From assembly GCA_032127875.1 (NCBI GenBank), contig JAQBHI010000126.1:1861-65860 (forward strand): 64,000 nucleotides of DNA, read 5' to 3'. The notes under the pieces were generated by a model. It saw only the letters and a list, made by a program, of their open reading frames with translations. It made no database searches and had not been told where the DNA came from. The DNA comes from Acidobacteriota bacterium. Lineage in GTDB: Bacteria; Acidobacteriota; Vicinamibacteria; Fen-336. Position numbers and translations under genes: made by a program. This document shows, piece after piece, positions 7,214-16,886 of this stretch. The stretch's first letter is position 1. Every line of letters begins with the position of its first letter.

Positions 7214-7979
7214 GACCAGCCAGCTGCCCGCTGCGGCAAAGCAGAAGCCGCGCGTCGTGATCGTGATGCCGGCCTACAACGCGGCCAAGACGCTCGAGGA
7301 CACGTTCCGGGCGATCCCCGCCGGGTATTACGACGAGATCGTCGTCGTGGACGACCACAGCCGCGATGACACCACCGGACTCGCCGAGCGTCTCAACCTC
7401 AAGGCGATCCGCCACCCGCACAATGTCGGCTACGGTGGCAACCAGAAGACCTGCTACATGGAGGCGCTGCGCGACGGCGCCGAGATCGTGATCATGCTCC
7501 ACCCCGACGGCCAGTACGACCCGACGATCCTTCCCGAGATGGTCAAGCCGATCGCGGAAGGCCGGGCCGAGATGGTGCTCGGCTCACGCATGCTGACCCC
7601 CGGCGGCGCCAAGCGCGGCGGCATGCCGCTGTGGAAGCGCATCGCCAACCGCTGCCTCACGAGCCTCGAGAACCTGGCGATGGGCCAGAGGTTCAGCGAG
7701 TGCCACACGGGGTATCGGGCGTACAGCCGGCGCTTCCTGGAGACCGTGCCGTTCCTGCGCAATTCGAATGGCTTCGTGTTCGACACCGAGGTCATCTTCC
7801 AGGCCGTGCACTTCGGGCTGCCGGTCGTCGAGGTGCCGGTCTCGACCCGTTATTTCGACGATGCCTCGTCGGTCGGCTTCCGGGCGGGCGTCGTCTACGG
7901 TCTGGGCACGTTGTGGACGGCCACCCGCTTCCTGCTCCACCGAGCCGGGCTCGTCGAGTCCCCGAAGTTTCGGCGCTAG
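7212..7979 (+). CDS. glycosyltransferase family 2 (GtrB / dolichol-phosphate mannosyltransferase-like)
   Basis: N-terminal GT-A fold motifs (VVIVMPAYNAAKTL...EIVVVDDHSRDDT...MLHPDGQYDP). The ATG overlaps the ATG of the divergent ArsA ORF (CATG). Confidence 0.8.
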   Translation: MTSQLPAAAKQKPRVVIVMPAYNAAKTLEDTFRAIPAGYYDEIVVVDDHSRDDTTGLAERLNLKAIRHPHNVGYGGNQKTCYMEALRDGAEIVIMLHPDGQYDPTILPEMVKPIAEGRAEMVLGSRMLTPGGAKRGGMPLWKRIANRCLTSLENLAMGQRFSECHTGYRAYSRRFLETVPFLRNSNGFVFDTEVIFQAVHFGLPVVEVPVSTRYFDDASSVGFRAGVVYGLGTLWTATRFLLHRAGLVESPKFRR

Positions 7980-8205
7980 GCGCCGCTCAGTCCCTCGAAT
8001 GCCGGCTTTGGCCGTGCCACGAACCATCTCGTTCAAGCGGAACATCACCTGCGCGCGAGCGCCGCCACCCATGCGCCGGTAGCTCTCGATTTGAACCGCG
8101 TCAGCGTCCGGGCTCGTGTCCGCGGCGATCGGCATGCGGTAGCTTGGCACTCGGGCTCCAGGGCGCCCTTTGAGCCCGTCCCGCCATGGCGGCTCCTGTC
8201 CGAGC

Positions 8206-9888
8206 TCAGCGTCCAGCGACGAAGAAGTGGCCCGCGTTCTGGGCGTAGAGCCGGCCCTCGGCATCGATCGAGAGTGGCGTGTAGGCAGAGCCCAGAGGCC
8301 GTTCCAGGAATACGCTCCTGCGCAGCGTCCCGTCCGAACGGATCGCGTAGAGAAAGCCGTCCTCCGCGATCCCGAAGACGTCGCCATTGCGATCGAGCGC
8401 GGGGGCGTTGATGCACCATTCGAAGCCATTCGGATTGAGAAAATGCCAGTCGGGTGCGAGCGTGTCGCCGCGCAGCTGTGTCACGAAGTACTGGCCCTCG
8501 AGCGGATCGGTGGCGCAGCTTCCGCAGTAGGAGCCGACGCCGCCGTAGTGGTTGTCCTTGACCACGATGCTGTAGCCGGCGCCGGTCGCGCGCACCGCCG
8601 GAGTAGTGTCCCAGCCGAAGTCGTAGGCCGCCAGATAGCGACCGTTCGCGTCGAACTTCATCAGATGGCCGCGGGAATAGTTGTAGCGTGAGAACGCGCC
8701 GTAGAGGATGCTGCCGTCGGGTGCCACCACGGGTGAGGAGGACGAGAGGTCGGTCACTTCGCCGTCGCCGAGGCGGTTCGTCAGTGGGTTGACGCCGAGG
8801 CGGGAGCCGCTGCGGCAGCCGCCTGCTGCGCCGTTCGGCGGCAGCACACCTCCGCCCGAAGCCGGCACGCCGCAGCCGTCGGCGAAGCGCTCGCGCAGGG
8901 TCGATGTGAAGCGCGGCGACAGGTCGGCGTTCACGGCGACCAGGGAGCCGTAGCGGGCGTTGAAGTGCGCGCGGCTCACCGTGTACACCGTCCCGTCGTG
9001 CCCGATCACCGGCCCCACGTTGACGCCCGGCCGCTGAGAACCGCAGGCGGCGCTCGGCGGCGTCGCGTCGGCACTTGGGGGCCAGGGCAGCGGCTCGGTC
9101 GTGAAGCTGGTCAGGCACTCTGCGCGAGCGCCCGGCGCTCCGCTGACGATGTCGGCGTAACGGGCGAGGCTGGCACGCCCATCGCTCGTTACCCGCACGA
9201 GCCAGGCGTCCTGTACATCGCGCCGCCAGGGGTCGGCGGGATCGAGCCGCAGGGCGTTGTAGTAGATCTCGCCATTCGCTGTGGCGGCGAGTGGTCCGGA
9301 AGCGAAAATCCGGGGATCCAGCGAGGCGCCGAACGGATTGATGCGCGTGACCAACGAACCGTCGTTCACGTCGAGCTTGATGAGCGTCCCAGCGGCGCCG
9401 GGAACGTACAGGAATCCACCGGCGAGGGCGCCCTGATTCACGGGTTCCCAGCGCAGCACGCCGCCGGGAGGCACGGGCTTCCAGTCCGAGCGATAGTTCC
9501 AGATTTCGCTCAGGCTTCCGTTCTGCCAGTGCAGGCGCTTCCAGTTCCACTCCTGCGAGGCCCAGTTGTCCGGGCCCGTGTACGTGCCGGACTTCGTCAT
9601 CAGGAACACGTCGTCGCCCGAGGCCAGCGGCACCGGGTAGTGGACGAGTAGCGCCCCGCGGCCCGAGGTCTGGATCTCCTGTGGCACGAACGGATCGACG
9701 ACCGTCTCGAAGAGCAGGCGGTCCGGGCTCTGGGCAACGACATCGAGGGTGCCCGTGTGTTGCGGGTTCTGGCCCCATTGCGGCCAGGCCACAGGACCCG
9801 AGACGGGGGGCGTCCCGGCGCTCTCGTTTCCGCCACAGGAGGGCATCAGCAGAAGGCAAAGGACGCCGATCGGGGCTCGGGTGTTCAT
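8206..9888 (-). CDS. secreted hypothetical protein (signal peptide; W/Y/N/D/G-rich, beta-propeller-like composition)
   Basis: Start at MNTRAPIGVLCLLLMPSCGG. Composition is typical of exported proteins. The competing ORF 8045-9859 on the same strand is R-rich junk. Confidence 0.55.
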   Translation of the reverse strand: MNTRAPIGVLCLLLMPSCGGNESAGTPPVSGPVAWPQWGQNPQHTGTLDVVAQSPDRLLFETVVDPFVPQEIQTSGRGALLVHYPVPLASGDDVFLMTKSGTYTGPDNWASQEWNWKRLHWQNGSLSEIWNYRSDWKPVPPGGVLRWEPVNQGALAGGFLYVPGAAGTLIKLDVNDGSLVTRINPFGASLDPRIFASGPLAATANGEIYYNALRLDPADPWRRDVQDAWLVRVTSDGRASLARYADIVSGAPGARAECLTSFTTEPLPWPPSADATPPSAACGSQRPGVNVGPVIGHDGTVYTVSRAHFNARYGSLVAVNADLSPRFTSTLRERFADGCGVPASGGGVLPPNGAAGGCRSGSRLGVNPLTNRLGDGEVTDLSSSSPVVAPDGSILYGAFSRYNYSRGHLMKFDANGRYLAAYDFGWDTTPAVRATGAGYSIVVKDNHYGGVGSYCGSCATDPLEGQYFVTQLRGDTLAPDWHFLNPNGFEWCINAPALDRNGDVFGIAEDGFLYAIRSDGTLRRSVFLERPLGSAYTPLSIDAEGRLYAQNAGHFFVAGR

Positions 9889-10052
9889 GGCGGGAAAGCG
9901 TACCTCATCCGGGGGAGTTGATTGAACAGGCCGGATATTCATCTTGTTGATCGCCGAGCGATGAAGTGTGCCGGCTCTCGTGAACCAGTGCTGGACAGTC
10001 GGAGGCAACTCTGCTCGAATAGGCGAATAAAAGGCGAAACATCAGAAAAACC

Positions 10053-13000
10053 GTGTACGTCGAGCTCCATGCCGCTTCGGCCTTCTCGTTCCTGCGCGCT
10101 GCGTCCCTGCCTGAAGAGCTCGTGGCGCGCGCGGCGGAGCTGGGCTATCCAAGCCTGGCACTCGTCGATCGCGACGGCATCTCGGGCGCGCCGCGTTTCT
10201 TCAAGGCCGCGAAGGCCGCGGGCATCCGGCCGATCGTGGGCGCCGAGTTGAGCCTGCGCGGCGGGGGCGCGCTGCCGCTCGTCGTCGAGAGCCGAGAGGG
10301 CTACCAGAACCTGTGCCGGCTCATCACGCGCATGAAGGCCGGCGTGCCGAAAGGCACGGGGACGCTCGAGCTTACGGCCCTGGAAGGCAACGTCGCCGGC
10401 CTCGTGGCGTTGCCGGGAGTCGGGGCGCTGGGCCACCCGCCCGACACCGATCGGCTCGCGCATCTGCTTGCGGCTTTCGGCCCACGCAGCGTGGCGATCG
10501 AGGTGCAACGGCATCGCCGCCGCGAACAGGAGGCCAGGAACCGGGCGCTGCTCGACATGGCAGACAGCCTCGGCCTTCAAGCCGTCGCGACGAACGGCGT
10601 GCGGCATGCGCTCTCGCAGGGGCGGGCGCTGCTGGACGTGCTCACCTGCATCCGCGAGAAGCGGACGCTGGCCACGGCCGGGCGCCTGCTGGCCGACAAC
10701 GCCGAGCGCCAGCTGAAGGCGCCGCAGGCGATCGAGGCGCTCTTCCGCGATCGCCCCGAACTGCTGCGCAACGTGGCGGCGCTCGCCGAGCGCCTCAGCT
10801 TCACGCTCGACGATCTTGGCTACCGCTTCCCCGAGTACCCGGTGCCGGCGGGGGAGACGATGCAGTCGCACCTGGCGCAGGCGACCGACGCCGGCGCTCG
10901 CGAACGTTACCGGCCGTACCACGAGAAGGCCCGCCGCCAGATCGAGCGCGAGCTGGCGTTGATCGGCAAGCTGGAGCTGGCCGGCTACTTCCTCATCGTC
11001 TGGGACCTCGTGAACTTCTGCCGGCGAGAAGGGATTCTCGTTCAGGGTCGCGGCTCGGCGGCGAACAGCGCCGTCTGCTACAGCCTCGGCATCACGGCCG
11101 TGGACCCCGTCGGCATGGAGCTGCTCTTCGAGCGTTTCCTGTCCGAGGAGCGCGGCGAGTGGCCCGACATCGACCTCGACCTGCCCAGCGGCGGCAAGCG
11201 CGAGCGCGTGATCCAGTACGTCTACGAGCGCTACGGCGAGCGCGGCGCGGCGATGACCGCCAACGTCATCACCTATCGCGACCGCAGCGCCTCGCGCGAG
11301 ATCGGCAAGGCGCTCGGCATCCCGCTCACGGAGATCGAGCAGCTCGCGCGTTACATGCGCCGCTTCGAGTTCGTGGACCCGGACGACACGCTCGCGAAGC
11401 GGCTGCGCGAAGCGGGCTTCGACACGGGCGACTCGCGCATCCGGCTGTTCGCACGGCTGTGGGGCGAGATCCAGGACCTGCCGCGGCACCTGGGCCAGCA
11501 CTCGGGCGGGATGGTGATCGCACAGGGCGCCCTCGACAGCGTAGTGCCGCTGGAGCCGGCCTCGATGCCGAGCCGGGTGATCGTGCAATGGGACAAGGAG
11601 GACTGCGCCGACTTGGGGATCATCAAGGTCGACCTGCTCGGCCTCGGGATGCTGGCGGCCCTCGAGGACTGCATCTCGATGTTGCGTGGGCGCGGCGTCG
11701 AAGTGGACCTTGCGCACCTGCCGCAGGACGACCCGAAGGTCTATGCGATGCTGCGGGAGGCCGACACCGTTGGCCTGTTCCAGGTCGAGAGCCGCGCCCA
11801 GATGGCGACGCTGCCGCGCCTGAAGCCCGAGCGCTTCTACGACCTCGTGGTCGAAGTCGCGATCATCCGGCCGGGACCGATCGTGGGCAAGATGGTCCAC
11901 CCGTACCTGGACCGGCGCGCCGGGCGCGAGGGGGTCCGCTATCCGCATCCGTCGCTTGAGCCGATCCTCGCCCGCACGCTGGGCGTGCCACTGTTCCAGG
12001 AGCAGCTGCTGCGCATGGCGATGACGGCGGCCGGCTTCACCGGCGGCGAGGCCGAGGAGCTGCGCCGGGCCATGGGTTTCAAGCGCTCGCAGAAGCGGAT
12101 GGCCTCGATCGAGGCGCGGTTGCGCGCGGGCATGCTGCGGAACGGCATCACGGGCGAGGCCCAGGAGCAGATCGTGCGCTCCATCGCCTCGTTCGCGCTG
12201 TACGGGTTTCCCGAGTCCCACGCCGCGAGCTTCGCACTCATCGCCTATGCCAGCGCCTACCTGAAGGCCTACCATCCGGCGGCCTTCGTGGCGTCGCTGC
12301 TCAACAACCAGCCGATGGGCTTCTACCATCCGACGACGCTCGTGAAGGACGCGCAGCGCCACGGAGTGCGCTTCGAAGCGGTGGACGTGACGCGAAGCGA
12401 CTGGGACGCGACACTCACGGACGGCGGCGTGCGTCTCGGGCTGGGTTGTGTCGCGGGCCTGCGCCGCGAGGCGGGGGAGCGGATCGTCGTCGAGCGCGCA
12501 GGCGCAGCGTTCGCATCGCTGCAGGATTTCGTCGACCGCGCCTCGCTGCGCCAGGACGAGTTGCGGATCCTCGCCGAGATCGGCGCGCTCAACGCCTTCG
12601 GACTGACTCGGCGGAGTGCCTTGTGGCAGGTGGAGCGCGCGGCGCGCCCGCGCGGGCCGCTGCTACGCGACGTTCCCGAGGTGCTCGATGACTCACCGCT
12701 GCCGGAGATGACGTTTCCCGAGCGCCTGACCCGGGATCTTCGCGGCACGGGGCTCACGGCCGGCCCGCACCCGATGCTGCTCTATCGCGAATCGCTGGTG
12801 GCGCGCGGCGTGAGGCGCGCGGTCGAGTTGTCGCGGCTCGAGGACGGTGCGCGTGTGAGCGTGGCAGGCGCCGTGATCTGCCGGCAGCGGCCCGGTACAG
12901 CCAAGGGCTTCCTGTTTCTGACGCTCGAAGACGAGACCGGCCTCGCCAACGTGACGGTGCGTCCCGACCTGTTCCAGCGGGCGAAAGGCGTTCTGGTGAA

Positions 13001-13118
13001 CACCGGAATTCTCGAGGTCGAAGGCATCTTGCAAAACCTCGAAGGTACGTCGGTCCGTGCGCTTTCCGTCCGGCCTCTGGGCAAAGCCCCTATCTCGATG
13101 TCACGGAATTTTCGATAG
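10053..13118 (+). CDS. dnaE2: error-prone DNA polymerase (DnaE2/ImuC, Pol III alpha-type)
   Basis: 1021 aa. N-terminal PHP domain (MYVELHAASAFSFLRAAS...) and polymerase core motifs. The length matches DnaE2 rather than DnaE1. GTG start. Confidence 0.9.
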   Translation: MYVELHAASAFSFLRAASLPEELVARAAELGYPSLALVDRDGISGAPRFFKAAKAAGIRPIVGAELSLRGGGALPLVVESREGYQNLCRLITRMKAGVPKGTGTLELTALEGNVAGLVALPGVGALGHPPDTDRLAHLLAAFGPRSVAIEVQRHRRREQEARNRALLDMADSLGLQAVATNGVRHALSQGRALLDVLTCIREKRTLATAGRLLADNAERQLKAPQAIEALFRDRPELLRNVAALAERLSFTLDDLGYRFPEYPVPAGETMQSHLAQATDAGARERYRPYHEKARRQIERELALIGKLELAGYFLIVWDLVNFCRREGILVQGRGSAANSAVCYSLGITAVDPVGMELLFERFLSEERGEWPDIDLDLPSGGKRERVIQYVYERYGERGAAMTANVITYRDRSASREIGKALGIPLTEIEQLARYMRRFEFVDPDDTLAKRLREAGFDTGDSRIRLFARLWGEIQDLPRHLGQHSGGMVIAQGALDSVVPLEPASMPSRVIVQWDKEDCADLGIIKVDLLGLGMLAALEDCISMLRGRGVEVDLAHLPQDDPKVYAMLREADTVGLFQVESRAQMATLPRLKPERFYDLVVEVAIIRPGPIVGKMVHPYLDRRAGREGVRYPHPSLEPILARTLGVPLFQEQLLRMAMTAAGFTGGEAEELRRAMGFKRSQKRMASIEARLRAGMLRNGITGEAQEQIVRSIASFALYGFPESHAASFALIAYASAYLKAYHPAAFVASLLNNQPMGFYHPTTLVKDAQRHGVRFEAVDVTRSDWDATLTDGGVRLGLGCVAGLRREAGERIVVERAGAAFASLQDFVDRASLRQDELRILAEIGALNAFGLTRRSALWQVERAARPRGPLLRDVPEVLDDSPLPEMTFPERLTRDLRGTGLTAGPHPMLLYRESLVARGVRRAVELSRLEDGARVSVAGAVICRQRPGTAKGFLFLTLEDETGLANVTVRPDLFQRAKGVLVNTGILEVEGILQNLEGTSVRALSVRPLGKAPISMSRNFR

Positions 13119-13122
13119 CCCT

Positions 13123-14040
13123 TCAGGCGCTGGGAACGGTTTCGTCCCCGCCGGCGTGTTCCAGGTACGACAACATGCCGCCCGCGAGCAGCGCGGTGTA
13201 GTCCATTGCCAACTCGAAGTTGTCCTCGAACACGTCCAGCAGGCCTTCGATCGTGCCGTGAAGGGCTCGCACGGGCGTCAGGGTGGTGGCCGAGAACCAG
13301 TGGCGGACCTCGGCCACCGCCTCCATCGCGCCGATCGCGTGGGGATGGCCCACCTCGAAGCTGAGCTTGTGCGCCTGCGAAGCGCAGCCGACACGACCGT
13401 CGACCACCAGCAACACGTAGGGGGCGGGATCGGCCTCTGCCCACAGTGAGACGCCGGCGTCGAAGTGGACCTCGGTGAGGCCGCGAGACAGCTCAGCGAG
13501 GGCGTTGATGCTGCCGCGCGCGAAGGGCGTCATCTGGCGTAGAAAATGGATTCGTTCCACGAAGTCGAGTTGACCCGAGGCAAGATCCGTCGGCGGGGGT
13601 GAGGCTGGGAACTGCTGCGGCCCGACGCGCTGTTGCACCGAGATCGCCCAGCGAGAGAGGTATTGGAGCGTGCGGTGCACGATCACGAAGTGGTCCTCGC
13701 AGACCTCGAACAGTGCGTCCGCGTCGAGCTCCAACGTGAAGCTGTCGACGTCCGCGATTCCAAGGTAGCCTCGGCTGTCCCGGGCGAGCACCGCCAGGGC
13801 GCCCATCGGCGTTCCCGGTCCTGCGCCGGCGACCGGGGTGCCCCCCCGGGAGGCGCGGATGTAGCCATCGAGCACGAACTGGATCCGGCTGACGGGTTCG
13901 CCCTCGCGTTGCACGACCGCGTCCTTCGGGAACGACCGCTCGCGGAGCAGCTCCGCGAGCGCCGCCAGCGAGTCGTTTGGCAGCTGTGAGAAGGCCGGAA
14001 CCTTTTTCAGATAGAGGATCCGCTCCAGCGTGCCGATCAT
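13123..14040 (-). CDS. tandem cyclic-nucleotide-binding (cNMP) domain protein
   Basis: Two CAP-family effector-domain-like halves (ERSFPKDAVVQREGEP... and a second in the C-terminal half). Confidence 0.65.
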   Translation of the reverse strand: MIGTLERILYLKKVPAFSQLPNDSLAALAELLRERSFPKDAVVQREGEPVSRIQFVLDGYIRASRGGTPVAGAGPGTPMGALAVLARDSRGYLGIADVDSFTLELDADALFEVCEDHFVIVHRTLQYLSRWAISVQQRVGPQQFPASPPPTDLASGQLDFVERIHFLRQMTPFARGSINALAELSRGLTEVHFDAGVSLWAEADPAPYVLLVVDGRVGCASQAHKLSFEVGHPHAIGAMEAVAEVRHWFSATTLTPVRALHGTIEGLLDVFEDNFELAMDYTALLAGGMLSYLEHAGGDETVPSA

Positions 14041-14050
14041 CCCGCCCCGT

Positions 14051-16780
14051 TCAGGCACGTTGCAGCTTTGCGCTCACGCCGAGCAGGTCGAGGGCCCGCT
14101 CCAGCGCGCGTGACACGAAGAACTGCTTTTCCGCTGCCTGCAGCGCTTCGAGCCGGGGCCGGAACGTCGTGAGCCCGAGTTCGGCGATGTGATGCGCTGC
14201 CAGGCAGCGTAGCGACTCGCTCGCCTCTTCGAGCATCACGCCCAGCAGCGCCTCGTAGGGGAGGGTGCTAGGCGCGTGGAAGGGCCGCGCCCGGGCCAGG
14301 CGCTCGGCATCGGCCAGGTCGTCGTGCAACGAGAGCACGGCATCGCGCAGGGGCGGAAGCAGCAGGTTTTCGAGCAGCTCACGGCTGCTGGCGCGGATCC
14401 TGGCGTTGGCGCTGCTGCGGCCGCGGTAGATGCTGCGCAGGTCCTCGTGCCGGAACTGAAGCCCCAACAGACGGAACAGCCGTTCGACCGCGTGCGCCTG
14501 CTTGTCGCGGAGCAGGCAGACTAGAAGCTGGTGCGTTCGCGTGAGGCGCGTGCCGTCGGACGCGGCTCCCGCCTGGAGCGCGAGGCGCCAGTCGATCACC
14601 TTGAGAGCCGCCTGAAGAGTGGCGGTGGTGGCTCGGCCGAGGATGGCCCCGTCCAGCGGCAGCTCGGGAGCGTTGCTGTGGATCCGTCCGAGGCCGCGCA
14701 GGATCTTGAAGCGGACCATGCCGTCGGGCTCCGCCTCGAGCTGGCGCAGCAGCAGCGGGGCCGCGTCTTCCGGCGGGAAGGGGCTGATCGTCCGCGGCAC
14801 GTGCCGCCGGATCTCCTGCGGCAAGCCGTAGTCGGCCGAGGCCCGTTCGAGAAAGGCAAGGCCTGCGGGGCCGTGCGCCAGGAAGGCCCCCCGCGCGGCG
14901 GCGCGCACGCTGCGTTGCGCCAGCATCGGCAGCAGCGCGGGGAGGAAGCGCTCGTCGGGCATCGCCGCCATGGCCTGGGCCACGTCGCTCAGCACTTCGC
15001 CTTCCGGCGCCTCGGACAGCTCGAGCAGCGTCGCGACGAAGACCGCATCGGGCTGGAGGCGGATGGCTTGCGCAAGAGCCGTTCCGGCTTCCGGCGACTG
15101 GCTGTCGAGCAGCTCCGTCAGCGCTCTCTGGGTTTCGTCGGAGACCCAGCCGCCGGAGACGAGCCCGACCAGCGCGGCAGCTCGGACCCGCGGGCTGGAG
15201 TCGTGGCTCGCATGCTCGAGAGCCACCCTGTCGGTCTTGATCGCCACGCGCGCCCGAAGTGCGGCGGCGCGGATCTCGGGGTCGGCATCACTGAGCAGGC
15301 GGTCCGCGATGGACAGGAAGTCGGTGCGCTTCGCCGTGGTGAACAGCGCCAAGGCCCGCAGCGCGACGGCCTTGGATGGGTGATAGAGGATCAGTGCCGG
15401 AATCAGCCGCGCCTTGCCCTGGGTTTCGAGCAGGTCGAGGGCCCCCACGACCTCGGCGTCGTCGCTGCTGTTGAGGGCCGCGAAGATCGCCTCCAGCGAG
15501 CCCAGGTCGAGTTCCGGCACTTCGGCGCTGGTCACGATCGAGCCCTGGCGCAGTGCCGTCCGAAACAGATCGAGGTAGTTGTCCTTGAGGTCGCTGGCCG
15601 TCACTATCCAGAGCGTGGCCAGGATCAGCAGCGTCAGGGCGAGGAAGGCGCTCTGAGAGATGAAGGCCACGGGCGTCAGGATCAGCAGCGATGCGAGCGC
15701 CTGCCCGCCGCGTTGGCAGGTGACATCGATGAACGGCTTGGCGCGGGCGCGGATCGCGTCGGGCAGCGGAACGTAGAGCAGCTCGGTGGCGGTGCGATGC
15801 AGGGAATGGCGCAACGACCCGTCGGCGCCCTTCAACCACAGCGCCGCGGCGAGCCCGCCGCCCACGAGCAGAACGCTCGACCCCGCGATGAGCAGGGCGG
15901 GCAGCACCACGAGTGCTCGGTGCACGCCGAGCCGCCGCAGCAGCCAGCCGACCAGCGCCACCTGTACGATCAGTGCGAGGGCGTTGAGCAGCAGGTACAC
16001 GCCCGCGAAGAATTCGCCCAGTGCTTCTCCGGGCACGTACTTCACGACCGCGCTCTTGAACAGGTAGTCGGCGAGCGTCACCGCCATGGTCGAAGACAGC
16101 ACCAGCCCGGCGAGCGGGCGCGCGTAGGGATGGCGCAGGATCAGCTTCATCGAGCCGGACAGGGAAAGCGCCATGCTCGGTGCCGGGGCCTGGGCGGTGG
16201 CCTTCGAGAACAGCGAGGGCCCCAGGCTCGAGACGAAAAAAAAGGCGGCGCTGGCGAGGATCAGGTGCCGGGAGGGCAGCGCCGCGGCTATCACGCCGGC
16301 GATGCCGGCGCCGAGGATCGCGCCCAGCACGCTGCCCGTGCCGATGATCCGGTACAGCCGCTTGGCCTGCGTGAGGTTGTAGATCTCCGAGAGCACGCCG
16401 TAGAACTGAACGGTGGCGACCGTGCCGAAGAGCCCGCACCAGATATACAGCGTGTACAGCAGCCAGCGCCCCCGCGGGACTTCGCTCAACTCCCAGAGCA
16501 CGAAGTTGGCCAGGGCGGCAACCAGCAGCAGCAGCGACAACGTCGTGCGGCTCGAGAGCCGGCCCAGTCGCGGCGCGGGCAGCCGGGACAGCGCGAAGGC
16601 GATGGCCGCGATCGCGATGTACATGAAGGGCAGGCGCGTCGCTGGAATGCGCGCCAGGAACAGCGCGTCACGCGCCGTTTCGAGGAGGGTGTGACCCGCC
16701 AGGATCCCGAACAGGGTCACGAAGGCTGCCGCCGCGCCTCGTCGCTCCTCTGGCCGGACGTCACCCAACGTCGACAGCAT
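14051..16780 (-). CDS. ATP/ADP-translocase-like (Tlc/Npt1 family) 12-TM transporter fused to a C-terminal HEAT-repeat (PBS-lyase-like) domain
   Basis: N-terminal ~430 aa are polytopic membrane with Tlc-like N-terminus. The C-terminal ~450 aa carry repeated ...DPEIRAAALRAL.../...SPRVRAAALVGL... HEAT-like repeats. Overlaps the downstream cNMP gene by 8 nt. Confidence 0.75.
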   Translation of the reverse strand: MLSTLGDVRPEERRGAAAAFVTLFGILAGHTLLETARDALFLARIPATRLPFMYIAIAAIAFALSRLPAPRLGRLSSRTTLSLLLLVAALANFVLWELSEVPRGRWLLYTLYIWCGLFGTVATVQFYGVLSEIYNLTQAKRLYRIIGTGSVLGAILGAGIAGVIAAALPSRHLILASAAFFFVSSLGPSLFSKATAQAPAPSMALSLSGSMKLILRHPYARPLAGLVLSSTMAVTLADYLFKSAVVKYVPGEALGEFFAGVYLLLNALALIVQVALVGWLLRRLGVHRALVVLPALLIAGSSVLLVGGGLAAALWLKGADGSLRHSLHRTATELLYVPLPDAIRARAKPFIDVTCQRGGQALASLLILTPVAFISQSAFLALTLLILATLWIVTASDLKDNYLDLFRTALRQGSIVTSAEVPELDLGSLEAIFAALNSSDDAEVVGALDLLETQGKARLIPALILYHPSKAVALRALALFTTAKRTDFLSIADRLLSDADPEIRAAALRARVAIKTDRVALEHASHDSSPRVRAAALVGLVSGGWVSDETQRALTELLDSQSPEAGTALAQAIRLQPDAVFVATLLELSEAPEGEVLSDVAQAMAAMPDERFLPALLPMLAQRSVRAAARGAFLAHGPAGLAFLERASADYGLPQEIRRHVPRTISPFPPEDAAPLLLRQLEAEPDGMVRFKILRGLGRIHSNAPELPLDGAILGRATTATLQAALKVIDWRLALQAGAASDGTRLTRTHQLLVCLLRDKQAHAVERLFRLLGLQFRHEDLRSIYRGRSSANARIRASSRELLENLLLPPLRDAVLSLHDDLADAERLARARPFHAPSTLPYEALLGVMLEEASESLRCLAAHHIAELGLTTFRPRLEALQAAEKQFFVSRALERALDLLGVSAKLQRA

Positions 16781-16886
16781 GTACGGGCGATTTTACGACG
16801 ATTGGCTGCGACTGCCCCGAAGCGTCTCGGGGCGAGTGCGGAGCGGGCGGGGGGGTGCTTGGCAGCGCACTCCCCGGGTCTGCCGA

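Noticed and set aside
8045-9859. 604-aa same-strand ORF overlapping the secreted protein gene
   Set aside because: Arg/Pro-rich junk frame. The alternative frame (8206-9888) has a signal peptide and a normal composition.
9889-10052. LexA/SOS box upstream of dnaE2
   Set aside because: I looked for CTGT-N8-ACAG, GAAC-N4-GTTC, GTTC-N7-GTTC and the myxobacterial-type box. There are only partial matches (GAACCAGTGCTGGAC), which I cannot call without a matrix.
9939-12362. 807-aa ORF antisense to dnaE2
   Set aside because: R/A/G-rich composition typical of the wrong frame in high-GC DNA, with no domain signal. dnaE2 on the plus strand explains the region.
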